DNA of 64,000 bases, taken from contig NC_135656.1 of assembly GCF_964188315.1 (NCBI RefSeq), forward strand, positions 116,622,001 through 116,686,000, read 5' to 3'. Every line of letters starts with the position of its first letter. Positions within the stretch are counted from its first letter, which is position 1. Position numbers and translations under genes: made by a program. Positions 35,480 through 49,478 of this stretch are shown here, in pieces. The notes below the pieces were generated by a model, which did no database searches, was not told the DNA's origin, and was given only the letters and a program-made list of their open reading frames with translations. The stretch comes from Podarcis muralis. Its lineage: Eukaryota.

Positions 35480-35937
35480 CCCAAGTGTCCCAAAAAAGTT
35501 ATTTATGTATGCTACTATTGCGGCCCGTGTTTTGCTAGCCCAAAAAAGGGAAAACGAGCAAGGTCCCAACTAAAGAAGAACGGCAACTCAAGTTGACAGA
35601 ATATACGCAACTTGCAGATTTAACATATAGGGGAGAAAAGCAAGAAGAACATACGATCAGAGAAGATTGAGAATCGTTTATTGAATATATGGGGAAAGAA
35701 TTGTGTATATCTGAAAACGGTGGCAGCATTAAGATAAATTCAACAGTGTAAATAGTTTAGATGGATGTAATAATGGAATACTGAATGGTTTAGTTTACAT
35801 AAAATATGCAGGGATTTATGATATGTAAAATGAACCATGGAAAGAGAAGAAGGGAAGTCGCCGATATTATAATGATGTTAAAATTAGTATTTTAAATTTC
35901 TAAACAGAAAATTTAATATATATTTTTTATAAAAAAT
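35480..35937 (+). mobile_element. L1 LINE 3' end with A-rich tail and 16-bp TSD
   Basis: AAAATAAAGTAATATG at 35464-35479 and 35938-35953. Decayed ORF2 C-terminus. Confidence 0.75.
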
Positions 35938-36377
35938 AAAATAAAGTAATATGTTAACACCATAAACTTTGGTGGTTTTGCAACTACTGGTCTTTTGCAC
36001 TGACATTTCTCTCTCTTCGCCTCATGTTAGTTGGTTGGCATCAGCACAGCTAACTCAGGTCAGTTCCAGGGTTTGTACTATGCTGTTAGGCTACCTGAGC
36101 CAACATAGTTTTCAGGAAAAAAATCATTGAGAGTATATATCATTGTAAAGTTAGCTGGGATGAGATTTCATTGCCATCTGATTTTGATCTCAAAGTCCCA
36201 TAGATTCCCATGGGAGACAGAAGTAAGTTTTATTCTGAAATCTTTAAGATAATATTTTAGTTTTCTGTTAATGTTGCTTTGACTGTATACTCTGTATTTG
36301 ACTTTCTTCAGATTGTTTTATTTATGTTTTATTGAATTAATATGCTGTAAACCGCTTTATAGTGGGTGAATTTATGT

Positions 36378-36726
36378 GGATGGCGCTGTGGGTTAAACCA
36401 CAGAGCCTAGGACTTGCCGATCAGAAGGTCAGCGGTTCGAATCCCCGCGACGGAGTGAGCTCCCGTTGCTCGGTCCCTGCTCCTGCCAACCTAGCAGTTT
36501 GAAAGCACGTCAAAGTGCAAGTAGATAAATAGGTACCACTCTGGCGGGAAGGTAAACGGTGTTTCCGTACACTGCTCTGGTTCGCCAGAAGCGGCTTAGT
36601 CATGCTGGCCACATGACCCGGAAGCTGTACGCTGGATCCCTTGGCCAGTAAAGCGAGATGAGTGCCGCAACCCCAGAGTCGGCCACGACTGGACCTAATG
36701 GTCAGGGGTCCCTTTACCCTTTACCT
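36378..36726 (+). mobile_element. Sauria SINE
   Basis: ggatggcgctgtgggttaaacc head and ccctttaccttt tail. Confidence 0.88.
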
Positions 36727-36982
36727 TTAAACTGCTTTGAGATTTTTCTTAAAAATATAAAGCGGTATAGAAATTAAAAATAAATAAAAATGTTTCTAGT
36801 CTCTCCTAACCTTTTTAATGGTGCTTACTCCTTCCCTTAGGGAGAAGCTAACTGGGAACAAATTTGAGCCTCTTTGGCCTGTGGTGTGTGTTGGTTTGAG
36901 GTGCCCAACCGCCCTTCCAAAAGTCAACATTGGACTTATGGTCACCCCGGTCGCAGATGCCCGGCTTGGCCTGAGACACAAA

Positions 36983-37465
36983 ATGGCCACTGAGCAAGGT
37001 AGCGCCAACACCCCAAGCTTCCAGTTGCCGGCGGATCCGAAGGTGGGGACGAAAATGGCGGAAGAGGAGCAGGCCAGCTACCTTGCCGGCAGGGCTGCGG
37101 GTCCTTGCATTCTTCAAGCCGGGAGCATGTGGGGCCTTGAGAGGAGAAGCGGGGAAGATACCCCAAATGGGACCAGCAGCGTCTCCAACACTTGGCATCA
37201 ATATATCCGGCCATTTAGCCACCACGAAGCCGAGTGGCCGCGGCAAGTTTGCCGGCAGCTCTGGGAGCTGTGCTGCCGGTGGCTGAAGCCGGAGAGACAC
37301 GGCAAGGAGCAGATTTTGGACCTGGTGGCCCTGGAGGAGTTCCTGAGGGCTTTGCCCCCAGAAATGCAGAGCTGGGTCAGGGCGATTGGGCCAGAGGGTG
37401 GCTCGCGAGCGGCGGCTGACAATTTCTTCCCCAGGGAAAGAAGCAGTGAGGAGCAAGAAGAAGAG
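36983..37465 (+). CDS. ZF4 coding exon 1: diverged SCAN domain
   Basis: Acceptor cttcccttAG at 36839-36840, aaaATGG at 36983. [42 protein letters not shown]. Donor GAG|GTAAGA at 37466. Confidence 0.85.
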
Positions 37466-37667
37466 GTAAGAACGGTTTGCTGCAAGCAATCTGAAGGGGT
37501 TGAGAAGGTAGGGGCTTGCTGACCACTGTTGCGCCGTTCCTTTTTTTCTCGATTTTTGGGCGGTGGGTGCCGTTCCTTAAGTAGCCAAAACAGCACCACC
37601 CACAAGGGGGAAGCAACAGCAGGCTTAGGGAACCCCAGTCTATCTGCAGAAGTACAAAAAGGCTTTA

Positions 37668-37907
37668 CAGTGGTACCTCGGGTTACAGACGCTTCAGGTT
37701 ACAGACTTCAGGTTACAGACTCCGTTAACCCAGAAATAGTACCTCGGGTTAAGAACTTTGCTTCAGGATGAGAACAGAAATCGTGCTCTGGTGGCACAGC
37801 AGCAGCGGGAGGCCCCATTAGCTAAAGTGGTGCTTCAGGTTAAGAACAGTTTCAGGTTAAGAACGGACCTCCGGAATGAATTAAGTTCTTAACTCCAGGT
37901 ACCACTG
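37668..37907. mobile_element. MITE family A
   Basis: TA-flanked TIRs. Confidence 0.9.
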
Positions 37908-38097
37908 TATAAGGGGGTCTGGAAAACTTTGAAGGGGGAAAATCTCAAAATATTCCCATAGAGGAATGAGCATTCTTAGATGACATTTGAGCCCTACCTC
38001 TGAAGCACTGTGACACCACTTTAGACGGTCATGAATTCACCCAAAGAATCATGGAAAGTGGGTTGTTGTTTTTTAGGATGCCCAGAATTGTTAGGGG

Positions 38098-38810
38098 GCG
38101 ATTCTGGGCATCCTCAAAAAACCACTTCCCAGGGATGGTAGGATGAAAGGAGTCTGTCAACTTGCCAAGGAACTGATAAGGTTCATTACTGAGTTATCTG
38201 CAGTTTGACAGACAGCTATTCTTCCCAGGGTGAGAGGAAAAATAGCGAAAACAGGTTATTTATTGGGACAGAGTGACTTTTGCAGCTGTTGTTAAAGTTG
38301 CAAAACAACGACGTATGGGACAGAGTGAGGGAGAAATTTCTGGAGCAACAATGGAATATCAGCTTCACCCAAGGCATGATAGAGAACAGCAACAACCGGG
38401 GGGGAAATAGACATAATATCTTACAAGGACAGGAAGAAATAACATGGACAGAATAATTTCCACACACAGGAAGAACAAGGTTATAGTTTGAGCGCCTCAC
38501 TTGTAGTTTTATAAATCATTTAATGTGTCAACACGAATAGAAGTTATTAATACTGCAGTTGTTGTATAATGGGATTATTATTATTATGACCGGAATGTAA
38601 TTGAAATTAATAAGATTTTGGAACGCAGAAATAAAGAAACTCATAAACCATCAATTCTAGCATGGGGGGGGCACTTTATCTAAATTATATAATTCAGTAT
38701 TTGAATGATTGGTATTGGTAATTGTTTTGTAAACGGGCATTATTATAACGAGGTTGTTATTGGATTGCAATTGAAAACTAATAAAAAGTATTATTTAAAA
38801 AATAAGAAAA
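38098..38810 (+). mobile_element. L1-like retro-insertion with A-rich tail and 14-bp TSD
   Basis: AGAATTGTTAGGGG at 38084-38097 and 38811-38824. AATAAA and A-rich 3' end. Confidence 0.65.
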
Positions 38811-38939
38811 AGAATTGTTAGGGGACCCCTATCTCCATCACAGAGCTACAATTCCCTGAGCGGTTTAACATGCAACCCCTCTTCACAGGGAACTCTGGGA
38901 ACTGTAGCTCTGCCTGCTTTCTAGCGGATCTTTGCACTA

Positions 38940-39408
38940 ATAATAATGATAATGATAATGATAATTTTATTTTATTTATACCCGCCCACTTGGCTGGGCT
39001 TCCCCAGCCACTCTGGGTGGCTTCCAACAAGATATTAAAATACAAGAATGCATCAAACATTAAAAGCTTCCCTAAACAGGGCTGCCTTCAGATGTCTTCT
39101 AAAAGTCTGGTAGTTGTTGTTCTCTTTGACATCTGGTGGGAGGGCGTTCCACAGGGAGGGCGCCACTACCGAGAAGGCCCTCTGTCTGGTTCCCTGTAAC
39201 TTCACTTCTGGCAGTGAGGGAACCACTAGAAAGTCCTCGGCGCTGGACCTCAGTGTCCAGGCTGAACGATGGGGGTTGGAGACGCTCCTTGAGGTATACT
39301 GGACTGAAGCCGTCTAGGCCTTTCAAGGTCAGCACCAACACTTTGAATTGTGCGCGGAAACATACTGGGAGCCAATGTAGGTCTTTCAAGACTGGTGTGC
39401 ATGAGGAC
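38940..39408 (-). mobile_element. L2 LINE 3' end
   Basis: KDLHWLPVCFRAQFKVLVLTLK. (TCA/TTA)n tail. Confidence 0.85.
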
Positions 39409-39544
39409 TAGAGCCTTAAACAAGCGCGGAAGCTGCATTCTTTGCTCAGCTCCACATCCCATGCTTTTTCCTACGCTCCCTGCAAACAGTGGCACAGCCC
39501 TCGCTGGGTAGGAACTGTGAGCAAATGAGAAATCACATTGCTGA

Positions 39545-39775
<231 letters not shown>

Positions 39776-40449
39776 TGAATTTCAACACCTTCCCTGCTGG
39801 GGGCAGGAGATTCATAATCCACCTGACCCCACAGATGACACTTTCATGTTTAAAGCTCTATGATAGCACTTTAAACAGTCATGGCTGCCCCCAAAGAATT
39901 CTGGGAGCTGTAGTTTATTAAGGGTGCCAAGAGTTATTAGGAGGCTCCTACTCCCTTCGCAGAGGTAAAAGTCCCATAATTCCCCAGGAAGAGGGCTCTG
40001 GGAATTGTTACTTTGTCTGCTGTCAGCTCTCAGCACCCTTAACCACAGTCCCCAGGATGTTTTGGGTGCAGAAGCTGTGGCTGCTGAAGGGGTATAAGAA
40101 TTCTTTCAATGTTTAGGGGAGAGCGGGCGGGGTCAGCTCCACGTTTGAGGGCGGACATGGCAAAGTGGGGAAGAGTCGCAGCTCTGTGGCTGAGCACAAA
40201 GTCTCAGTTTCAATCCCTGGCACCTCCAGGCAGGATTAGGAAAGGCTCCTTGCCTGATTCCCCAGATAGCTACTGCCAGTCAGTGAAGACAATACTGAGA
40301 TAGATGGACCCATGCATCAGGTAGCTTTCCTATGCCTAGCCACTTCTCTGGTGTCTGAAGAGGGCAGTAAGGTTGAGTGGAGCCCTTTTCGAGAAGTCGC
40401 AAAAGTAAAAAGGTTGTGCTGATGGTTTTTCATTTTGTTTCCTCTGAAG

Positions 40450-40569
40450 GACTTTGGCTTCTCAAACCCGAATTCGTCTCCTGGCTGGATGAAGAGGAAG
40501 AAGAAAGTGAGACATTTGTCCAGGGAGCTGCTGAAAGAGAGGAGAGATCAAGAGGAAGGAGTTCTTTGG
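40450..40569 (+). CDS. ZF4 coding exon 3: KRAB-B-like box
   Basis: ttttgtttcctctgaAG| then GLWLLKPEFVSWLDEEEE, phase 1 to 1. Donor either G|GTATTT (40570) or A|GTGAGA (40507); both keep the frame. Confidence 0.65.
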
Positions 40570-40660
40570 GTATTTATTTATATTCACTCTTATTTGATTT
40601 ACATGCTGCCCTTTAATAGGTTCCCAGAGTAGCTTACAGAAAGTCCAAACCACACGAAAA

Positions 40661-40695
<35 letters not shown>

Positions 40696-40813
40696 ATGCT
40701 AAGCTATCAGCAGAATTAAAACAAAACACCAGGCAGCATTTAAAAAAAACCAGACAGAAGATTTTAAAAACCAACAAAAATCTTATGTCACAATTCTCTG
40801 CTTCTTCTGGCAG

Positions 40814-42171
40814 GGGTTGAGAAGGGGTATGAGAAGCAGACGAATGGGCCGGAAAGTTCTAGAGACGTGGAACTGTGCGGTGAGGCTTTGTTGAGAAGAG
40901 CTGAGCCAGAAGATGCGCTCGGTAGCGCATGGGCAGGAGATGCCAAGGGGCAACTAGGGAGCCGCTCACATGAAAGCCAAGTCCAGTTCCTTAATTGCCT
41001 GGAAGATTATGGCAAGCCTGAGCATTATTTGGCCCAGCTGGGACTCTTCCAGAGCGAGGGAGCTTTCGACAGCATGAAGGCCTTCATGCAGAATCCTGAC
41101 CTCCTTGTCCCGAACCAAGCAAGTCTTCCGGGACGGAGGACGCACCAGTGCTTGGTGTGCGGCAAAAGGCTGGCCAGCCGAGGGAAACTCATCATCCACG
41201 AAAGGACGCACACGGGAGAGAAGCCGTTTGCCTGCTCCGACTGCGGGAAGTGCTTCAGCCAGCAGGCGCACCTCAGCGGCCACCGAAGGACCCACACGGG
41301 GGAGAGGCCCTTCCAGTGCGCCGAGTGCGGAAGGAGCTTCAGCGACAGGACCTCCTTCAAGAGGCATGAGAGGATCCACACGGGAGAGAAGCCCTACGAG
41401 TGCACCGAGTGCGGGCGCCGCTTCAGCGACTGGACGGCCGCCAGGAGGCACATCGCGGCCCAGATGCGCACCAAAGCCCACAAGTGCGCCGACTGCGGGA
41501 AGGGCTTCCAGAACCTGGAGGAGCTCCTGAAGCACGAAGAGGGCCACCCGAGCGACAAGCCGTACACGTGCTCGGTCTGCGCGCAAGGCTTCAGCAAGGC
41601 GCAGTACCTTTTCCGGCACGGCATAACACACGTGAGGGAACGGCGCGAGCAGCAGCAGCAGGACCAGAGAGGCTCCCCTGGCGAAGGGGAAGCGGGCGCG
41701 CAGGAATCGCCGGTGTGCGCGAGGGAGGGGCGCGAGGGCCGAGGGTGCAGCGAAGGCTCTCTCGCCAAGTGCGCCCTGAAACGCGCGGGAACCGGGAAGG
41801 CCTTTGGGTGCTCGGAGTGCGGGCGCAGCTTCAGCCAGAGGACCAACCTTGTGATCCACTGGCAGACCCACACGGGGGAGAAGCCCTACGAATGCGCCGA
41901 GTGCGCCAAATGCTTCGGCACCCGGACGTCCTTGCGGAGGCATCGGAGGATCCACACCGGGGAGAAGCCCTATCAGTGCTCGGACTGCGGGAGGTGCTAC
42001 AGAGACGGGACGTCCTTCCGGCGGCACAAATTGACCCACACAGGCGAGAAGCCGCTTCCAGAGAGTTTTCCAGCTCCAGCCCAGCTCATTAAACAGGAAG
42101 AAACCCACATGGGGGAGATTCTCTGGGGCAGCCCCAGTTGCAGGGAAACTCCAGCTCAACAGCCGTTCTAA
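40814..42171 (+). CDS. ZF4 coding exon 4: 9 C2H2 fingers (6+3, finger 4 lacks its second His)
   Basis: cttcttctggcAG acceptor, phase 1, in frame with the ORF ending at 42171. Confidence 0.9.
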
Positions 42172-42368
42172 AGGAGGAAGCTTCCGAGAAGGAAGTCACA
42201 TAGCAGCAGGGGAAGGGAACCTGTGGACCTCCAGATCCCCCCCCCCCCCAATTATTTTTGCTGGGCTACAGCTGCCTTCCTCCCTCACCAGTGACCATGC
42301 TGGCCAGGGAGTTGGAGTCCAACACAGACCCAGAGGGTCATTGTGTCAATGAAATACAAACTCTTGTA

Positions 42369-42602
42369 CAGTGGTACCTCGGGTTACAGACACTTCAGGT
42401 TACAGACGCTTCAGGTTACAGACTCCACTAACCCAGAAATAGTACCTTGGGTTAAGAACTTTGCTTCAGGATGAGAACAGAAATCTTGCAGCAGCAGCAG
42501 CTGGAGGCCCCATTAGCTAAAGTGGTGCTTCAGGTTAAAAACAGTTTCAGGTTAAGAACGGACCTCCAGAACGAATTAAGTTCTTAGCCTGAGGTACCAC
42601 TG
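42369..42602. mobile_element. MITE family A (ZF4 3' UTR)
   Basis: TIRs cagtggtacctc / gaggtaccactg. Confidence 0.9.
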
Positions 42603-42957
42603 CATTGGGGTAGAAGCTGTTTCTTCTAAACCTGCCACAGCCCCTCAGACCGCTTATCCATTTGAACTCCCCTTAGCCAAATTGTAGTTCAGCAACATTT
42701 AGAGTGCTCACAGCAGGCCACCACCCCCCAATCCCTGGTTTCGCCTTTCCTCGAACCCCCATGAAGTTCTAGCAGCCCATTTCCACCCCAAGTCATAATT
42801 GTTAAGTTTCAGAACTTTGGCCATGTTTACGCCACCCATTTTAAGATGCCATGATACCACTTTGAAGTGTCATGGCTTCCCAACAACAATTCGGGGAGCT
42901 GTAGTTTGTTGCTCCACCCCCAGATGTACAAATTTAATAAATAGTAATAATAACTAT

Positions 42958-43305
42958 AGCAGGGACGCGGATGGCGCTGTGGGTAAAAGCCTCAGCGCCT
43001 AGGGCTTGCCGATCGAAAGGTCGGCGGGGTGCGCTCCCGTTGTTCGGTCCCAGCGCCTGCCAACCTAGCAGTTCGAAAGCACTCCCTGGTGCAAGTAGAT
43101 AAATAGGGACCGCTTACTAGCGGGAAGGTAAACGGCGTTTCCGTGTGCGGCTCTGGCGAGCCAGAGCAGCGATGTCACGCTGGCCACGTGACCCGGAAGT
43201 GTCTCCGGACAGCGCTGGCCCCCGGCCTCTTGAGTGAGATGGGCGCACAACCCTAGAGTCTGTCAAGACTGGCCCATACGGGCAGGGGTACCTTTACCTT
43301 TACCT
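42958..43305 (+). mobile_element. Sauria SINE (second subfamily) with 13-bp TSD
   Basis: TAATAATAACTAT at 42945-42957 and 43306-43318. Confidence 0.9.
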
Positions 43306-43620
43306 TAATAATAACTATGGGAATAGTAACTCTGGAAGGGGAATAGTGGGGTCTCCTATCAACTCTCAGCACCCTTAGCAAACCGCAACTCCCAGAAGTC
43401 TTTGGAGGGAAGCCATGATTTTTGAAAGTGCATTATAAATGGATTGTGTGCAGGTGCCCTCGGTGCAAGTGCCTCAGTTTGAATGTGTGCTGGATCAGTT
43501 ACAAAGCAGCCTGGTATCTATAGGCAAAGACTGCAGCTTCTGAAACTAAGGAAATCTGGAAATTAAAAATAAAAAGATCTTGTTTTAAAAGGGATGCATA
43601 TTACATCTTGTTTTGCCTCT

Positions 43621-44288
43621 AATAATAATAATAAAAAATTTTATTTATATCCCGCCCTCCCCAGCTGAAGCCGGGCTCAGGGCGGCTAACAACAATCAAA
43701 TAATCAAATAATCCAAGATTCTAAAAACATTTCATTATAAAAATTAATTAAAATCAAATTAATGGCAACCGGTAAGCAAAATTCTGTGCAGGTTGCCAGA
43801 GGAGGGAGTCAGGCTGCGCCCTGACCAAAGGCCTGGTGGAACAACTCTTTGTCTTGCAGGCCCTGCGGAAAGATGTCAGGTCCCGCAGGGCCCTAGTCTT
43901 TGACAGAGCGTTCCACCAGATTGGAGCCGCAGCCGAGAAAGCCCTGGCTCTATTTGTGGCCAGCCTAACCTCTCTGTGGCCTGGGACCTTCAGGGTGTTT
44001 TTATTTGCAGACCGTAGGTTCCTCTGTGGGGCATACCAGGAGAGGCGGTCCCGTAGGTACATGGGTCCTAAGCCGTATAGGGCTTTAAAGGTTAAAACCA
44101 GCACCTTAAACCTGATCCTGTACTCCACCGGGAGCCAGTGCAGCTGGTATAGCACCGGGTGAATGTGTTCTCGCAGCGAAGACCCCATAAGGAGTCTCGC
44201 CGTGGCATTCTGCACCCGCTGGAGTTTCTGGGTCAGTCTCAAGGGCAGCCCCATGTAGAGCGAGTTACAATAATCCAGTCTGGAGGTT
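43621..44288 (-). mobile_element. L2 LINE 3' end (second subfamily)
   Basis: TSRLDYCNSLYMGLPLRLTQKLQRVQNATARLL...LHWLPVEYRIRFKVLVLTFKAL. Confidence 0.88.
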
Positions 44289-44469
44289 TGAGTATGCAGC
44301 AGAATGGGGGCTGGGGCAAAACACCTTAAAAGGACAGGACAAAAAAAGTGGGAAGGGGAGGCAAGCTCTGGTGTCCAGTGAAGCAAAATTCTTCATTGCA
44401 GCTTGCTCTGTGGGCTTTGGAGTTTAAAACTCCTTCAGGAGCTCTTAGTGGAAACAACAGGAAAACAAG

Positions 44470-44835
44470 CCTTGTGAAGAACAGTTGAGGAAGTTGGGTA
44501 TGTTTAGTTTGGTTAAGACAAGACTGAGAGGAAATATGATCACCATCTTCAAATATCTCAAGGGCTCTCACATGGAAGATGGAGCAATATTGTTTTCTCG
44601 TGCTCCAGAGAGTAAAATCTGAAGCAATGGCTTCAAGTTACAAGAAAGGAGATTCTGAATAACATCAGGAAGAACTCCCTGATGGTAAGAGTTGTTTGAC
44701 AGGGGAACAGTCTACCTTGGGAGGTGGTTTTTTTAAACAGAGGTTGGTTGGCCATCTGTCATGGATTTAATTCCTGCAATGCAGGGGGTTGACTTGATGA
44801 CCCCTGAGGTCCCTTCCAGCTCTACAATTTTATAC
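44470..44835 (+). mobile_element. CR1 LINE 3' end, decayed
   Basis: ...gagaggaaatatgatcaccatcttcaaatatctcaaggg...gaggtcccttccagctctacaattt. Confidence 0.8.
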
Positions 44836-45939
44836 GCTATTCTATGGATCTCAGAAGCACCTCCCTGGCTGTTAAAGATGGCAGCAGCTGTGTTTAACAC
44901 AGTGCGCCTCCCACTCTCCTTTAAACAGCTGCCTGGCATCTGCGCTGCTTGTTCCTTCAGCTGCCTGCCGTGCTGTTTTGTGTTGGAGATAGCTTGTCCC
45001 CCGAGAGGTAGTCATATAAACGGTAGTGTAACGACAGCCTTACGTTTTCATGTGTATAGGAAGACATTTCCAGCCCCGGGAAATCATTGAATATTATTTA
45101 CTACTGGTATCCAGCCTCACATTTCTGGAAACAAAGTTTTTGATTTCTGATATTCAGCCAATTAGGAATTTTATTTCACTGAGTCCCAGACCCATTTTTA
45201 AGCACATGCGTTGTAGGCAGTGTGTTTTGATGCACCCCAGTCACACATTTCCCTGTCTGCTACCATGAATACCGGATTAAAAGGAAGCAAATGCTCTCCA
45301 AATGCTCAGTTGGGGAGCATTACGGCGGTGGGTTGCGACTTTCATTTTCAGTCATGGGACTATTTAAAGAATATTAGGAACCAATTGTTTGTTAAAGGTG
45401 CGTGTTGGGTAATCTCTATCATTCTCACAGATCTATGGTTTTCAGAGGGGGTTAACTATCAGTCCCTCTTATTACTTATTAAAATTATTAGCCGTTTTTT
45501 GACACAGCAGTTCAAAGTGACTTAAAATATTTTAAGCAAAAAAATCCCACCCAGGCAAAAAGTTAAAACACAAAGGATTGAGGGGGTGCTTCCGCCACAA
45601 AATGGGGTTGGTGAGTTAATGGATTATTTTTGTTTTTGTTTTTATAATTTTTTGTTATTATATTGTGATTTTAGATTGTGAATTACCCTGAGACCTGCAG
45701 GTAAAGGGCAGTATACAAATTTAATCAATGACAATAAACAAAACACACAGGGAACCCCTTCGCCGCTTAGGTCTCTTTCTCCAAGATTCCTGTACGGAGT
45801 TGTCACCCAAACATCATTATCACCACCATTATTATTATTATTATTATTACTATTACTATTAGTACTATTAGTACTATTATTTCTATTACTATTATTGAGA
45901 AACCAGCTCCTCACGCACCCAGGAGGGAAGGACGCCTCG

Positions 45940-46845
<906 letters not shown>

Positions 46846-49116
46846 AATCGGAGTTTGGGAGAGACGTCAGTGGGAAGGAGACGTTTCTTGACACCACAAA
46901 ACACCGATTGTGTGCGGCCGGGGGCTGGGGAAAGAAGACTGGTTTCGTCTGGCCTAATTTTGTTAAAAAAAACCCAAAACCCCCAAAAATGTATATATGC
47001 ATGTCTAGTGTCTAGGGATGATGGGAACTGTAGTCCAGCCTTAGCTGGAGGCCCGAGGCTGTTGTAGATATTGTTCATACTTTAAGGGTTAAAAAATGAA
47101 CCCCAGCTGGAAAACCGGCATCTTCCCATGTGTCCTGGTTAAGTGCATTGGTTGAACAGTGTCCAGTGAATTAGTTCAAAAATCTTGGGTGATTTCTAGT
47201 TCATCGAACCATCTGTCAGGTCACAACCTGAGGCCCATGGCATTATTTCAGAAATCCAACCCTTTGGGCCTTTTAAGTTTACAGATTGCAATTGTTGGGG
47301 GGAAATAAACCATTCATATTCCACTCTGTGTGTGGCAATGTTTTATTAGTCTTAGTATATTTTATACTTCAGCACAGCAGCGTGTGAACTTCTGAATACT
47401 TTTGGGGGGAGATTGCCAAGGATCAGGGTTTCCAAACTTGGGTCTCCAGCTGTTTTTATGGACTACAATTTCCATCCTTGACTACTGGTTCTGCTAGCTA
47501 GAGATGATGGGAGTTATAGTCCAAAAACAGCTGCAGAGAGACCAAAGTTTGGGAAACCCTATTTTAGATGAACTGTGAACTTCGTTTTGTAAAGGGTCAA
47601 ACTTGAACTGGAATGAATTCCTTTTTAAAGCAAACTCCAATTGGTGCATTTGTAACTGTGATTCTATCTGGTTAAGGGGGAGGGGGGCAAATGGGCTCTG
47701 CAATAAAATGTTGCAGTGTGGAGAACTCCCAATTCAGGATTTTAAAATGTAATAAAATATTGGGGGAAATGGAGGCTGGAACCAGGTCTGGGTAGTTTGT
47801 CACTGCCTGCAGCTTCAGTGACAAGACAGAAAATGCAGGAAAACAAATCAAGAGCTATATAATTGGGTGGGAGCTGGAAGGCTGGAATAAAGCTTACGAA
47901 ACTGGCAGTAAGAAAACACACACACAAATCTGCTGCTCTTTCCAAAATATTTTTTTTAATTTGTGGATGGTGTGTTAAACCATAATTACAGTTCTACACA
48001 GGCTGTGAATACAAGGAAAGACACAACTCAAGTCTCCTAAGGAACTCTGTTTTTAAAAATGCAAATTTCTAGTCCTTGTGGATTCAGTGCTTGAAAGACA
48101 ATGTGGGTGATGCTTGCTGAAATCACAGAACCCAGCAAGGGTCCATCAGAGATCCTAGGGCTGGAAGCTAGCTGCAGGGTCCGGCATAACTCCTCCCTTC
48201 TCCCCATAATTTACCATATATTACTGGGATTTCACATTTCAAAGGTAGATTTGATGTCCGGGGTGAATTTCTGAAAGCTTGCGCTTTGTCCTGAATCTGA
48301 GGGTTTTCTAAAAAAAGCTCAACAACCCTAAGCAAAGGCTATCAGCCATGGCAGCCAAATGGAGACTCCATCTCTAGGGCCAGTCTACCTCTGGGTATCA
48401 GTTGCATAGGAGGGCTGTGTCCTTTATGCTCTGCTACGGCCCACCCAGAGGACTCTGGCTGGATGTTTGGAGGAATTAAGGAAGCTGGACCAGATTGGCT
48501 CCTTGGCTTGATCCAGCTATTCTTACATTCTCAGAACACATTTTAATAACTCGGGGACATCCAACAAAGCAGGAAGTTGGAAGATTCAGGGCAAGCAGAG
48601 TGTTTAACTCTGGAACTCGCTGCTGCAGGATGCAATGGCTTTAAATCAAATTCATGGGGCATAAAACTAGCTAAGTTCTACCTCCACTGTCAGAGGTAGT
48701 TTACTTCTGGATAACTGGTGCTGGGAATCGCAAGTGGGCAAAGTGCTACTGCACGCAGGTCCTGCTTTTGGAGTTCCATTGGGCATCTGTTTGGCCACTG
48801 GGAAAGCAGGATGCTGGCTGGGCCTCCTGTCCAATCCAGCCTGTCAGGATCATCCTTATTGGAGGAAGAGCTCTACAACCCAGCAGGGATTGTGTGGCTG
48901 CTGTATTCATACTGTGTGACCGCCCTTAACAAACGTATCAGCACCAGTAAGTCAATACTGAGACTGTTGTGGATCAAAAGTTTAATATATTTCCAACCCC
49001 AAGGTATGAAAATTTTGACCCACAACAGTCTCAGCATCTTACTTTCACACACCCTACCATTCTGCAATAGTCCAAAACCCACACCTTTATAGCTTATATA
49101 TTTATGGCCGATTTGG

Positions 49117-49478
49117 GGTAAAGGTAAGTCCAGTCTGGTTATGTCCAGTCGAATTCGACTTGGGGTTCAGCACTCATTTCTGATTTCAGGCCAAGAGAGC
49201 CGGCGCTTGTCCGCAGACTGCTTTCCGGGTCATATGGCCAGCATGACTAAACAGCTTCTGGCGCAACAGGACACTGTGACGAGTGCACGGAAACACCATT
49301 TACCTTCCCGCCATAGTGGTACCTATTTATCTACTCGCGCTGGTGTGCTTTCAAACTGCTAGGTTGGCAGGAGCTGGGGCAGAGTAGTGGGAGCTCACCC
49401 TGTCACGGGGATTCAAACTACCAACCTTAGGATTGGCAAGTTCAAGAGGCTCAGTGGTTTAGACCACAGTGCCACCGA
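49117..49478 (-). mobile_element. Sauria SINE, older divergent subfamily
   Basis: Core ttccgggtcat...ggtacctatttatctact...ctgctaggttggcagg is conserved; the 3' part differs from the other copies. Confidence 0.8.
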
